Source: Nemertoderma westbladi (lineage: Eukaryota; Animalia; Xenacoelomorpha). From it: a stretch of DNA of 64,000 bases. The DNA lies in assembly GCA_032718475.1 (NCBI GenBank), contig JAUCBJ010000812.1, forward strand, positions 11,959 through 75,958, written 5' to 3'. Shown in pieces: positions 13,286 through 27,607 of the stretch. The notes below the pieces were generated by a model. It was not told where the DNA came from and did no database searches. It worked only from the letters and a program-made list of their open reading frames with translations. The stretch's first letter is position 1; each line of letters opens with the position of its first letter. A program made the translations under genes and the position numbers.

Positions 13286-14850
13286 TGCTTGAGTATGGTG
13301 GTGAAATACTGTTGTACTTACTACTTATGCCACATTACAAACGTCTTTCATAAATGACAAATTTATAATTTATTTTTAATATTGAGTTTTTATGGAATTA
13401 CAGAGCTACAACTATACTATTACATAAACGGAAGTACTACATTGAGTTGGAACGAAATCTGAATTTTTTTTTCAAAATTAAGTTATATTTATTATAACAT
13501 GTTCTGGGACAAGGTGTCCTGGTCCTCAAGTTTGTGGCATCTTTTGTCATGGTTATATCTTTTGGGTAGACAACTTTGACACACCTACATAAAGGTGTCC
13601 ACTTAACGGATTAGGCTCAATAATTGTATAAATGTAACACTATGTTATATTAAACAAAGAGTATTTCTACAAAAGACAGTAATAAATTTTAGCTAACTTA
13701 AGTCAAGCAAAGATAAAACAAATTCAAAAACTCTTATTAGCTACACTTATTAGAACTCACTACACCCGCCATATACAGTACAGTATAAATATATTGCAAG
13801 ATATTAGATGGATGCCCGGCTTATCGCGTTTCCTATAGAATAACTACTACATAGAACTAAAATTATTATTTTTTGTATGATTGTATGATTTTGTCACAAT
13901 TTAAGCCTATGAAAGTTTTTCCAAATTCATTTCTGAGCATATATAATGTGTGCTTAACTGTACTAACGTTTATGTAGCATATGTTATAGATAGACCCTTC
14001 TTACTCGCTAACTATAAACTATTTGTTGTCTATTATGTCATTTTAAGTTTTTAGATTATTCTGTTTCGTGAAAAACAAGTTTCAGGGAAGTGTTCATTGT
14101 GCCAAAGTTAGTACAGTATAAGTTCAAACAGGTGGTCTACAGTATATTGGCAGGTGTTGTAATTATGAATTATTGTTGTTAAAATATATTTAATCAAATT
14201 AAGAAATAAAAAAGATTAAAAAAATGGTCCACTGTTCCTATTAACTACCTATATACTCCACTATAGATTTTAACTTTATTTTGACGTATTTAATAATCCC
14301 GGCTGTATAATAAATTGGAAGATTCATCCCTTTTTTTGTAATCACTGATATTATTTGGTTAAAATAATAGTACAGTAAATTGTTAAGGCCTATTTATTAT
14401 AGAGGGATTTAAGTTAATATGTTGGGTTTCTTCTTCGCATTAATTAAAGTTGTTTAGCTTAATTAAAGGTTACTGATTGCACACATTCTAGTGCCTATGT
14501 ATATTTTCAACATAACATGTTTATAGGGGCGTACTCAATTTTAAAATCAGTTACAATCACCCCCAGTGTGTAAAGTGCTAATTAAGAACCTGTTGAAATT
14601 AAGAACCATAATTTTTAATTTTATTTTTATTATAAATATAATACGAAATTAATTTTCTTATTTCTCAATGAATTATTTACGAAATAATTTATTAAGTAAT
14701 TAATTGATTCCGTTAAATAATTGTAATCAGTTATTCAAGTGGGTTTATTCTAAATTTTTTGTATATACAGAAACGAAGTCCATCATAATAATATTAGCCT
14801 TAATTGTATATAAATCACACCGCAGTGTAATTTTGATATTGTGTACTTAA

Positions 14851-15647
14851 GGAGGGGGGGGGGGGGGGTCTTTTTTTCAACAGCTTTTTTAATTTGTTAT
14901 CTGATGTATAACTTGCTAATGACACCGAATCAGAAATCGGAATCAGAAATTGATACTTTTTAACTTTTCAACCGATTTTCGTTTTGTTTGCAGAATTATA
15001 TAAAGGAATATTCCGCTCAAAAATATCGTGTTTCAAAAAAACGTTATGGCATTTTTCGTTGCAAAAGAACCCAAAAACCGACAAAAAACTCAAATTTCGC
15101 GATTTTTTTACACAAATAATACCACTATATTTTAAACAAAATTTCAAAATTCTGTCAACGCAATTCTTGCGCACAATATTCGTCTATATAATTCTGCAAA
15201 CCGAACGATAATAGGTTGACTAGTTAAAAAGTAGGCCTACATAGAGTAAGTGTCCAAAAAATGGCAACCCGAGAAATATGACATTACAATTTTGATTACA
15301 AATCACCGAACACCTTTCAATTTTTTTCTAAAATCATCTTCTTTTACGGTTTTTATACCTATAGTGTAATTTTTGGAGCTGATTCCGAAAATGGCAAAAT
15401 ATTTCGATAATATTGGTTGTTTGATAGTCCTTTTTGGTGTCAAAAGTGGTGCTGCAAATTTTCAAATTTTGGTTTAAAATGTCAAAAGTTACCATAACTC
15501 TAGAATGAAACAACTTATCGAAAAACTAATTTCATATTCGGAATCACCATAAAATTCTACAGCGGAAAACACATTACAAAAACTGTTGAAAAAAGACTGG
15601 GGTTGAAACCCCCGCCCCCCATCCCACACCCCCCCCCCCCCCCCCCC
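14851..15647. mobile_element. Non-autonomous TIR element with TTAA TSD and GG termini (Kolobok-like MITE)
   Basis: TTAA|G-run..GTCTTTTTTTCAACAG at the left end; CTGTTGAAAAAAGAC..C-run|TTAA at the right end. Confidence 0.7.
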
Positions 15648-16293
15648 TTAATTTATTCAGTTAAATATTTATTTACTTATTTTTCATAAATTTGTATAAT
15701 AAACTCCATATCAATCCGTGTCTTTTAAATTTGTTGAATGTGATCCAAAGATAAATGTTAACAATTATATAATTCTTATTGTTATTTTGTTCACTTTATT
15801 TTGTTCACTTTACACAAATATGTTCACAATATTGCGTTATTATTATATCAGCATTAACAGTTTTCCAAACTTCATAATTTTAATTTCATTTAACTACCAT
15901 TAAAGCCGCTACATATACAAACAAAACACATATTTTATAAGATAGATATTTAGTAACCAGTGAGGGTTATTAGTAGTCTTTGTTTATAAAGTCCGTTTTC
16001 CCCTCTAATATTTATCGAACATTTTTGCACTAACTTATCCAACATTGTGTGTAAACAATAAAACAGTACCGGTAGTTCTGTTTGGTTTACTTACTATGTT
16101 TTACAGTCATAATGACGACCTATGGTCGTGCTCCACTATTTTATTGAGGAGGATGAGGCATGACGCGCTATGTTTTTGGAGCTTCTGCCTCAGAAATCTA
16201 AGGATATATATATTATTTATCGACCGATGAATATTAAATAAATATATATAAATAAATAACCAAAACAAAATTACCGCGACAAATCATTTACTG

Positions 16294-16570
16294 GCCCATG
16301 TGAAGAATACCAGACTTTCTACCGTTATATTTAACTTTGCACTTACCCCCCATGTGAAGAATACCAGGTTTTCACCAAAAACACAGGTTACAGAAGGGCT
16401 GAATTTAACCAAAACAATAAACGAATTAGTATATGTACAGGTTAAAAGACAGAAATAAGCGCTATAAAACACTTAATAAAGATAAATTAAAAAAAATAAA
16501 AAATCTTCACATATAAATTTCCAATAAAAAGTCGACCGAAAAGTGAAATCCTGGTATTCTTCACATGGGC
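16294..16570. mobile_element. MITE with TIR GCCCATGTGAAGAATACCAG
   Basis: Terminal inverted repeat; second copy at 27321-27607 and more diverged copies near 32080-32255 (-) and 61055-61320 (+). Confidence 0.8.
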
Positions 16571-17685
16571 GCATTTACTCATAATAGTCATCTGTCCATA
16601 ATAAATAATTAACACGGTTCAATTGGAAACTATACCTACTAGCTAATATGTCATTTTACTACAATTTATCTTACAACAACAAAGGGTTATAGAAAACAAT
16701 AAATTATCACAGTCCCGTATAAATCTAGTATTATACAACATCATACATATTTTATCATAATTCCATTTAGGCACTGAAAATTTCAGTACATATACATAGC
16801 ACAAACCATCGTTGGGTCACATGCAAAAAATTCATTTAGTTTATCGTAAACCATGATGCTTCTAGCGAAATTGAGATATTCTGTCCGTCGTGTGTGAGTT
16901 TTCCACTGGGTGGCATAAAAACTTGCCAACCTGTGTATTAATTTGACCCACTCTGACAGAATAGTTGTATCATGCTAATCTGAAAATGTTTTGAAAAAAG
17001 ACGGTGTTTTCCGCTTACATTTTTCCTATTGAATAAAATAATGCTGTATCATTCAAAGTTGTTTTTCTTTGTAGGTGTAGGCAGCACATCGTTTATAATA
17101 ATACTGTAGCTTGGTAGATAGAACATAATATCCGGGGGAAATATAAAAATCGAAATAAAACTCATCCTATATGAAGGTAACAATAAAAAGAGAAAACACA
17201 AATCTACATTTCAAATTGTATAATTTTAAACACGCGCCACCCACTCCCAAAAAGTCACATTTACAGAAAGTAAGTTGTTCATTCGCATACCAAATATATA
17301 TAATGCATTGTAAAATTTGTCCTTTCTCTGAAAAGTTGTTTCAGATTTTATGTAGCGTCAAGAGGTGTCATAAGCCTAATTATTATTTGTTTTAGCTTTG
17401 TATCTGTAAGCCAGAATTCTAACATCCTCCTGGCAGAGTTGTTGTTGTCATTTTTTATTACCTTAAACTATAAATTTGTTTGAGAATCGGGGAGAATTGT
17501 AAATATAATATAATACGTCCCTCCCCCCCACACTAACTACTGTTCTTCTATCCATATTGCACACGTTAATGTGGCGGTGGGACTCATAAACCAACCAACC
17601 AACATTGTGATTGCACCAAGTACTGTAGTATCTCCCTCCATCCCATATCGAAAAGATGCTTCATAAAGGGTAAACTGATAGACAA

Positions 17686-17749
17686 CCAATCAGATTTGAG
17701 CTTCCTCACAAGAATCGAAACCGGGCATCCAATCAGAATTCATATAAAA
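17686..17749 (+). promoter_or_regulatory. Putative protocadherin promoter: two CCAATCAGA boxes and a TATAAAA
   Basis: CCAAT at 17686 and 17729; TATAAAA at 17743-17749, ~190 bp upstream of the ATG. Confidence 0.55.
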
Positions 17750-17941
17750 CCACTGCTTCACGCAAATACATTATTTACCGTTATCTCAACAAAACCTAAG
17801 GTTAGTTTTAATATTTGTAAGAATTAATTTATTTTAAAAATGATTTAAATTTTTATTTATGTGCTATTGTGCTTTAGAATTTCGCTTATAGTACAGTAAT
17901 TATTTTTTTCACAACAATTTATATTATATCGTTAAAAAATA

Positions 17942-20867
17942 ATGGCTAAAATTGTTGTAAATATTCACTCACAAGCTCTCTTTATTTTACTCATTGCCAT
18001 TACCTTTAACCTGATAACTTCTGAGCAAGTCTGGCATGTTGATGAGGAATCAAAGATATCTACAAAGTTTATAAACCTCCGAGAGGAATTCGATTTACCC
18101 AGAGGAACGGAAGTTCGTCTCGCTCCAAAGGAAACTAATCCTTATTTCGGTGTGGATTCCCAAACCAGTTTCGTTTATGTAAAATCCCGAATCGACCGAG
18201 AAGCCATGTGTGGGAAAAAAACAGAATGTGTAGAAACTCTGGATGTGATTTCTCCGGGTAATTTTATTTTGAAGAGACTCAAAATAGTTATTAACGACAT
18301 CAACGACAATCTACCGAAATTCAAAGAAGATTCAATTACTTATGAAATCTCTGAAAGTACTCGTATGAGTTGGCGAATGGAGTTGCCTATAGCAACCGAC
18401 CTAGATGTAGGAATGAATGACGTGAAAATGTACATTCTGAGAGGTGAAAATTCAGAAAATTTCATTTTGAAATCGAAACGTCGAAATAATGGAATGCTTT
18501 TGATGCCTTACTTAGGGCTACGAGAGAACCTCGATCGAGAAGATATAGAGGAATACGAACTGGAACTTAGAGCTTATGATATCGGTGGACCTTTAAGTTT
18601 CGATTCGATGAAACTAAATATTCGTGTTGTTGATGAAAACGATAATTCTCCATTGTTCGATCATTCGTTCTACACTTTTAATATCTCCGAGAATTTAGGT
18701 AAAGGAACCATGGTAGTTATACTAACAGCTACAGATACAGATAAAGGAAATAATTCTAGAATAACTTATTCCCTTGGTGACCCTGACACCAAAAACTATT
18801 TTTTTATAGACCCACTAGACGGTCTTCTGATGACTAACACAGTATTAGACGCTGAATCCAGGAGGTCATACTCCATGGTAATAGTTGCCACAGACCACGG
18901 ATACCCAAGACTCGAATCCCGAACTTCTATCGAAATATCGGTTACCGATGAGAATGATAACGACCCAGTGATCGAGTTCGAAACATCTTTAATTGGTGTT
19001 AATGGTACTTTCTCTATCAAGGAGAACGTAGCCAAAGGGATGGTTATAGGATCCGTACACATATATGATGCCGATTTGAGCACCACAAACGGTTATTTGT
19101 CCGTCGATATTGTTGGTCCTTCTAGAGATTATTTTACTTTAGATGTTGTTTATGAAGATTCAAATCAAGCTGATTATTTATTGACCACTAAGGTATCCCC
19201 CGATCGGGAAGACGTTGCCTTCCATAACATTTCGATATTGGTTCAAGATCATGGAATACCTCCCAGAAAAGCTTTTTATAACATCACTGTTAACGTTTTG
19301 GATGAAAACGACTCGCCCCCTAAATTCACTGAATCGGTTTATAATGTACAAGTAAAAGAAAATAAAAAAGCAGTAACGCGAATTACAGATGTTAAGGCTT
19401 ATGATCCCGACTCGCAAGTTACAGGGAAAATTACTTATAAACTCGAGAAAAATTATAATGGGATTTTTTCGATTGATAAAGATACCGGTGATATCTTTAT
19501 TAAAGGGGAGTTAGACAGGGAGGGGCCTTATGGAGAAACTATAAAGTTGGTGGTGACAGCCACAGATTCCTCTGGAGCTGAGCAACTCGAATCTTCAGAT
19601 GTTGCGCTAAACATCAACATTATCGATGAAAACGATAATGTACCGGCAGTTGGTAAATCTGTTTATCAGTTGCAAGTCGATGAGAACCTACCGCCGCATA
19701 CAAGGGTCGGTGTTATTGATGCCTTTGACGCCGATTATGGATTAAACTCCCTTCTTGTTTTCACTTTAATCGAAGAACCCGCATTCAAACACTCTTTCTA
19801 TATGAATAAAGACACCGGTGAATTATTTACTGATGTAACTTTCGATAGAGAGTCGAAAAAATCGTATTTGTTAAAATTTACTGTTCGAGATAGCGGCTCA
19901 CCAACTAATCAGAACCAAGGAGTTATTGATGTGTTTATTACAGACACGAATGACAACAAACCATCTATAACTGAACCCAAAGGTGACTCTGTAATTGAAG
20001 TTCCTATTAAATCCCCAGTTGGGACTGTAGTTGTGGAGGTTAAAGCTAGTGATGCTGATCTCTTTGAGAATGGCCAAATAACCTATCGCATAGCGAATGG
20101 GAATGATATGGGTTACTTTGGTATTAAAAGTAGCACCGGTGAGTTGTATGTGGCGAGGAAGTTCGGTTCTGATTTGGAGCCGACGTGGGGAGCGAGTTTC
20201 GATTTAGTTATAGTGGCAGAGGACCGCGGGAATTCCCCTAATAAAGATCAAATATGGGTGAAAATTAATTTTGTTCATAAAGATCTTGAAAACGTTACGA
20301 TTCTGAAGGAATTCAATGTTAATATAGATGAAAACGTTGAAGACATTGATAGTGTAGTCACAGCTGTTGATGACGATGATTCGAATTTTACTTGGATTCT
20401 TAGTTTATCAATTCTCGGTGTTGTTGTAGTTATCGCCCTTATCATACTCGTCCTCGTGGTTGTGTACTTTCGTTGCTACGACAACCGTCGACGTCGTCGT
20501 TACCAACCGCACAGCCGCGAGACTAAAGCGTTGCGAGGCACCTCGGAACTACCCGTGGCCATAGTTACAGCCAGTAAGCGGAATAATTCATCAACATCAA
20601 CAGGTTGTTTAGGTTGGAGTTCTCGTAATAAGAGTAAGAAAGGTTACCGTGGCGATACAACAGCTAATAGACTTAGTTTCAATGGGGAAGAAAATCATAA
20701 TGATTTAGAGGCCCAACAAGGTGACAGCGGTGTTGCCTCATTCAAAAACGACCAGGAACATGATTACAGCACTATAATGACGGGGGGACACCATGTTGTT
20801 TACTCTAAGGGCCACGAATCTGTACAACAACAGAAGTATAATCAGCAACATCAACCTCTTCTCAATG
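17942..20867 (+). CDS. Protocadherin (7 cadherin repeats, delta-1-like architecture), large first coding exon
   Basis: Signal peptide; EC1 with DREAMC-x5-C; repeated DRE, DxD and DxNDNxP motifs (six linkers, seven repeats); TM segment WILSLSILGVVVVIALIILVLVVVYF followed by a basic stretch. Splice donor AATG|GTAGGT at 20867/20868 (phase 1). Confidence 0.93.
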
Positions 20868-21089
20868 GTAGGTGCTTTTTTTTTTATTTAAATATTATTT
20901 TTATTATTTTCGGTTGTAGAGTATATTTTTAGATTAATTATAATTTCTTTAAATTTATTTTAGAATTGTTATTTACACTTTTGTACTTTTTTTACGCTTT
21001 GTATTGTATTGTAGGCGTCTTAATCCCACCTTGGGGTTGGGCAGAATCTACTCAACACTTTTTTATTTTTAGAATTTCATGATGATGAT

Positions 21090-23111
21090 CAGGCCCGTAT
21101 GGTGATCATAATATCTGGGGGGGCAGAGGCCAAATCTGGGGGGGCAAACCCATAACTGGGATTTGGGGAGCATACAAAAAAGTGAGAGTTAATTTAGTAC
21201 ATAAAGTAAAATCAATATTGTTGAAAGGTGTGTGGGGCGAGCCACGAAGTCGGCGGAGCCTAGGCGAATTGACACTGTTAAGGAGAATGTCAATAATGTC
21301 AAATAGTTGTTGACGTAACTATTTTGACATTAAATAACTTTGTCAGATTTAAAGCTGTCGAATTGAAAATTTGGAGGCATAAATATGTCCAAAACTTGAC
21401 ATTATTTAGCGACTTTTGACCCCAACAGTTCAACAGTCTCCCGCTAGATGGCTACATGTCTAAGCATTAAATGTCCTCCCATTTCTTTGCTTTTAATCCG
21501 TTTAACCTGAAACTTGTCAGAATTGTACTCGACCATTAGCTGTGCCATTTAAACATTTTCTGAGGTCTTAACCCTTCGTTTCTCAAACAGATGATTCCTT
21601 TGAGGTCAATTTTGACCTCAGGTAAATGAGAGGGTTGGGGTGGTCCAAAAAACTTGTTGTCGAATTTAAACTCAGTTTGCACATCAGATATCATAAAATG
21701 AGCCCAAACTTCGATAGATACCAACATTTTGATTTGGGGATGACAGGAAATATTCCCACAGGCACATGGCCAGTTCCCGTCCTTGGCGCAAGTGAGTCAT
21801 ATTCCCCATTTTTCTGATGATCAACTTCTATTATTCCTACTGCATTGATATTTATGCTCAATAGAACAGCAATGACAGATTTAGTTGGCGTAGACACCGT
21901 CAAAACAAGCATAGAGCGAATAGTTTTTGAGATATTGCAGATAATGTGAAGTCAGGCACAAGTCAAAATTAGCGCCTTGATGCGATATTGACAAATACCT
22001 GACAAATATCTCAAACACTATTCGCTCAATGCTTGTTTTGAAGGTGTCTACAACAACTAAATCGGTCATTGCGGTTCTAAATGAGTATAATATCAATGCA
22101 GTACGAATACTAGAGGTTGATCATCACAAAAATGGGGAATATGATTCACTTGTGCCAAGGGTGGGAACTGGCCATGCGCATTTGGGAATATTTCCTTTCA
22201 TCCCCAAATCAAAATTTTGGTATCTATCTAAGTTTGGGCCCATTTGATGACATCTGATTTGCAAACTGAGTTGAAATTCAAAAAAAGTTTTTCGTTGATA
22301 TTGAATGGTACAGATACAAAACACGATGAGGTGAAATTTGACCTCAATGTCAATATGTGTAGGGCCCTATAAATTGTAAAATTGAATAGACCCCCTTGCA
22401 AATTTTTACATTTTTGTTTTTCTAATTGAGAAGTACTATCAAATAATAAATGTCACAAAATTTCGAGATAAAATATCAATGTGTGATAAAATTGTGTAAG
22501 TTTAAATCTTCGATGGGTCAAAAATGACCTCAAAGAGAGCACAAGGGTTAAATCGACTGCAGTTTTCAAGCCTGGTTCTAGGCTGGTGTAAAGTGATCAA
22601 GGGCATCTAATTCGATTTTGCTTATTTTTCTTTCAAGATTACACTTACTTAAGTTTATATCACGTGCTGCGCGAAGGACCCACTTCAGGTATAATATGGT
22701 TAAGGTTAAGTTACAACAAATTATAGCTATGGATACCAGCGCAACCCTCAGCGCCAAGCCTTTTAGCTGCGAGCTGGCTCCCAAACTACAAGCAAATAAG
22801 CAATGGGTCAACAACAAACAACCCCTCCACCCTGGTAGCCAAGAACCTAGAGCTTTCGAGTATTTTTAGTAATTACAGGTACATTAGGTAGGTATAATGT
22901 CATGTAGTTATAGAATTGGACCAAATTGAATGGTGGGGAGTCAGGTCAGGTCAGTGGGCAGGTGTATGTGAATCCAATAATATTGATTACCAACAATATT
23001 ATTATTAATTAATTGTGAACAAGGCGAGTAAACAATATATGGCTGGGGGGTACAGTGGGACTTCTCTGGGGGGGCAGTGCCCCCAAAGCCCCCCCGCACG
23101 ATACGGGCCTG
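21090..23111. mobile_element. hAT-type non-autonomous element in the protocadherin intron
   Basis: TIR CAGGCCCGTAT/ATACGGGCCTG; 8-bp TSD ATGATGAT on both sides. Confidence 0.85.
21231..22685 (-). mobile_element. Nested Helentron/HINE-like element, same termini as 28511-29780; contains a ~340-bp internal inverted repeat
   Basis: 21231-21280 is the reverse complement of ~29729-29777, and 22630-22685 of ~28511-28568; 21600-21940 mirrors 21990-22350. Confidence 0.65.
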
Positions 23112-23277
23112 ATGATGATATTTATGTATTGGTATGAATTTCATTAACTTTTCCTGGAATTTAATTGGCTTTCTGATGGTGACAGAGTTTTTTTTTCATT
23201 ATTTATACTTTTTGTGCTATGGTACGGCCTGGCTGAATTCTGTCAGTTAATACATTTTTTTATGTATTTTTAGCTAT

Positions 23278-23630
23278 TTATTGGTCGACCAATAATTATT
23301 TTTTGGTCGACCAATAATTATTTTTTGGTCGGCCAATAATTATTTAACAAAAGTATGTTGTAATAAGTTTAGAAAGCTCCACTATCTTCTACAAGGTTTG
23401 CCAGGCTGTAATTACTACAGTACAGAATGAAATACAGTAATGGTAATTATAACAAGTAGTGAGAGAGACAGGATGGAATAATTGAAGCCCAAGTGGGTCT
23501 TGGTATGTAATGAATGCCTCAATGTAATCCCTAGATATTAAATTTCCCTCCAATCAATATCTTATCCAATAATTGGTAAAAAAGCGAATTATTGGACGAC
23601 CAAAAAATAATTATTGGTCGAGTAATAAAT
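23278..23630. repeat. Small fold-back/MITE-like element
   Basis: TTATTGGTCGACCAATAATTATTTTTT repeats at the left end mirror AAAAAATAATTATTGGTCGA at the right end. Confidence 0.45.
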
Positions 23631-23717
23631 TACAAAAAATACCGAAAAAAATCTTACTTTTTCATGACATAGTCTCAATATTTTATTGATACTGTAATTT
23701 TTTATTAGCCAACAGCG

Positions 23718-24048
23718 TTGGCCTACACAGTCGGCCTACACAGTCGGCCTACATAGTTGGCCTACACAGTGGGCCTACACACAGTTGGCCTACACAGTCG
23801 GCCTACACAGTCGGCCTACCCTACACAGTCGGCCTACACAGTTGGCCTACACAGTTGGCCTACACAGTTGGCCTACACAGTTGGCCTACACAGTCGGCCT
23901 ACCCTACACAGTCGGCCTACACAGTTGGCCTACACAGTTGGCCTACACAGTTGGCCTACACAGTTGGCCTACACAGTCGGCCTACACAGTTGGCCTCACA
24001 GTTGGCCTACACAGTAGGCCTACACAGTCGGCCTACACAGTTGGCCTA
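23718..24048. repeat. 13-bp minisatellite (GGCCTACACAGTY)n
   Basis: Read directly; ends 40 bp upstream of the exon 2 acceptor. Confidence 0.95.
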
Positions 24049-24088
24049 CTGAGTTGGTTTAATTACATGAAATATTTAATTTTTCCAG

Positions 24089-24660
24089 GAAGTTCTTTTC
24101 AACGAGACCAACCGGATGGTACAGACGATGACGTCACGCACCCGACCGCGAGCGATTCGAACGGAAACCGACGGTTCGCCTTCGCTTCCTCTTCTATTAA
24201 ATCGACGTGGACGGAACACTCGGCAGTCCCGTGGGCCGCCCACTACCGGCCCCCCTCGACTCCCTGGGGGGCGGTAGTGGGCGGCACCCGAGTGGTCGCC
24301 GCCTGCAGTCCCGAGATCCCGGCTAAACGGGCCGCGTTGCCGGAGCAACAACGAGCGACGACCCCGGTAAACTCTCGACGACGACGGATGTCCGCCGGAG
24401 CGAGTTTACCTTCTATTCCCTCGGGGACCGTCGCCGGGGTTAAACGACGCCCCGAACCGATGACTAACGCGTCCTGGGCTCTACCGGAAGTAAACACCTT
24501 CCAGCCAATAGCGACCCCCAGGAATGACGTCATGGATTCTACACAGGATGACGTTTCAGTAGTTGGCAGCGCCCCGCGTGAACATCGTCATAAAAAACGT
24601 TGCTATAGCTACACAAATCTAAACTCTGGAGCACACCACCCAAGGGACCCTGTTTCGTAA
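24089..24660 (+). CDS. Protocadherin second coding exon (cytoplasmic tail); joined product ~1165 aa
   Basis: Acceptor TTTTCCAG|GA is phase-compatible with exon 1 (G+GA=Gly); GC-rich open frame to TAA; AATAAA at 24787. Confidence 0.75.
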
Positions 24661-27320
24661 TTTTGGTTTATTCATATTTGGTACTTTTTGTAATTATTGC
24701 TTTGTGCTGATATTTACCATACTAACTGTACCTCTAAAGACTTAGGGGGGGGGGGGGGGGGGGGGGTGTCGCGGTAACTAATTTACAATAAATACTGTTG
24801 CTTCTCTGTAAAGTAGCACTTTACCTTATAGTATGCTTATCTGAGTTGTTTGTTACACAAACGAACGAAGGTAGGGAGTGAAAATAAAGGTATACGAGGT
24901 TCAGAAAGCTTAATAAAAGCATTTTTTACAAGAATATATGTAGATTTAATCGAAAATTGTAGTTGAAAGTTGTTTAAATTTTTTTATTTTAGAGCCCTTA
25001 GTCTGATTTTTGTTTTTTAGGATTGGTTGTTAACTCGGTAAAAACAGTAGGTGTGAAGCTGAAGTTGGACTATTTACACTTTAATTTGGACATCACTTCA
25101 TACAGTAGGAACTGTATACTTTGTTATGACTAAAATTAACAAATCATAATTATTATTTATAACGTATTAATGTATTTTATTGTTATTGGGTTTGTTTATT
25201 ATTTTTAGTGTTATTACCTACATTATCTATATTTAAATTTTATATTTTTGTGATTACTAAAAACTATGTGCTTTTCGATTTTATAGTGCAATTTTTTAAT
25301 TTATCAGCTAATAAAACCCACAAACAAAAGCAAATTAGGAGTAGACGCTTTACGGATGGCAGAAGGCAGACAGCCTACAAACAGACACCCGCCATATACA
25401 TGTTAAGCGAAAGGAGCAGGTTGCAGTGACAAGTTATTATAACCAAAACAATACGCGATTGTCAGGATTGCAGGTTACAGTTTCATTTGTGTTACTAATA
25501 ACAGTTGTCGGTTGTCTGCAGTCGGTTGTCTGGTGTCGGTGTCTGCAGTCGGTTGTCGGCTGTCTGGTGTCGGTGTCTGCAGTCGGTTGTCGGCTGTTGG
25601 TGCCGGCGTAAGTAGCTATAAAAGACTTACAATTTAATTTCTTTCTTTTATATTGTATGAGACGCCCTACGTTATAATTCTAAACACAAATAAACAAAGG
25701 GTTTATTATTTATTGATAGTGAATTGACAGTATCATAAAGTCTGTTATCTGTTATGAACAATTTCTCATTGGAATGCAATGTGAACGCACGCTGGCGTAT
25801 AATAATCAACCATATCTACTGTACAGTAGTATAATTTATTTACTAACAATGATATCTTGTGAATAGAATTGATTAAGCGACAAATGAATCATGAGACTCA
25901 GAAACCATCTGCTCCGTTCTCTCCAAACTCTTCAACTCCGTAGAAGCAGATCGATTCCTGTGAAGGCTGTACAAACTCTCCTCTATTTGCCTTAGCTTAC
26001 TCTTGGCTAACTCCCCTGTTCATTAAATTAAACCCATCAATATTAATAATAATACTTGTGTGTCGGTAGATGGTACTGCATTACTCTCTCGCCGTCGTCG
26101 TCGCCACAATAATGATGGTACTGCTACTGCGCCATTCCAGGGCAAACCTAATAATACTGAGTTGAGTTGTCATTGAAATGTCGTTTGGGAAATTGAATTC
26201 TATTTTAGGCCTATTGTTGCACACTACTTTCATATTATAATAAACCTTTGTATTTGTGGATGCAGCGATGTCTGTAATCTGAGAACACTTTTTATTTGAG
26301 CAAAGACTAAATAAAACGCAGCTGTTTCGTGAGCTATTATTTGAATTATAATGATTTTTGAGCAGATAATTTAAGTTTACATACTGGGCAAGCTACAATA
26401 AATTTATTACTATAAACAATGTTAGAATTAGGCATTATAGGTATACGAGGTGGTTTCTAAAAAGTGGTATCATCAATGAAAATTACAAAGTTCATCAGTG
26501 TACTAGTGATCAAAGACAATTAGCTAAAGATTATTATAGATCTTTTTCAAGTGCGGTTCAAATTCTCGTACAATTAAAAGATTTGACCGAACTATAGTCC
26601 CCCTACTACAATTAGAATAACTTTATTATATTATACAGTAAACTTTACATACAGTTCCATTATTTTTTTCCCGTCTTCCAGACTCTTTTAAAAATATAAA
26701 ATGTATCATGCATACATAATAAGAGAGCAAAATTCTGGTGGGGAATTCAAATTAAATAGCAAACAGTCTTTACAAGGTATGTAAACATTACTTCAGTTCC
26801 ATAATTAATTAGTTTGTAGCCCTGGTTTATTTTAAAGGGATTATTACAGTAGGCCTGGCCTACCCATTATACCTATTGCCAAGATAAACAGACCAAATGT
26901 TAAGTAAGCTTTACTCGTCTGGTACAAGTTGGAATTCGTATCGAAGCAAAGGGTATGTTGTTAAATGTTGGAATAATTTACTAAGGATCAAATTCATTAC
27001 AATTTTTACTAATTGATTTTGTAATGAGATACTGAGAAAAATATATATGGCCTAAAGTAGTTAGTTATACGGAGATCAAAACACTGCTGCTGTAGAGTAC
27101 TTTGTATTAATGTATGTGTAGTATATTATTCAATAAATGTAACAAATAATAAAATTCAGTTGATGAATAAAAATGTTTAAATACGCCGTGAAATAAAGTT
27201 AATTCAACGATTGGATACGGTCTGATACATATATGTCACAGCGTGAAATAAAGTAACATAATTCTTTCAGTTTGATTGTACCGTATTCCGTATTCTATAG
27301 TCACGCTGAGGTAGGTCTAA

Positions 27321-27607
27321 CCGCCCATGTGAAGAATTCCTGACTTACTGCCGTTATATTTCACTTTGCAGTTACCCTCCATGTGAAGAATACAAGGTTT
27401 TCACCAAAAACACAGATTACAGAAGGGCTGAATCTATCCAAAACAATAAACGAATTAGTATATGTACATGTTATAAGACAGAAATAAGCGCTATAAAACA
27501 CAAGATAAATAAAAGATAAATTAAAAAAAATACAAATTCTTCATATATGAAAATTACAACAAAAAGTCGACTGAATAGTGAAATCCTGGTATTATTCACA
27601 TGTGCGG
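27321..27607. mobile_element. MITE, second copy of the 16294-16570 family
   Basis: Colinear similarity over ~280 bp and the same TIR. Confidence 0.8.

Noticed and set aside
20868-20932. End of the 996-aa ORF (RCFFFYLNIIF...) as a second TM segment
   Set aside because: T-rich read-through into the intron after the GT donor.
23757-24088. 5' part of ORF 23785-24660 and overlapping ORFs
   Set aside because: 13-bp minisatellite in the intron; only the part after the acceptor at 24088 looks coding.
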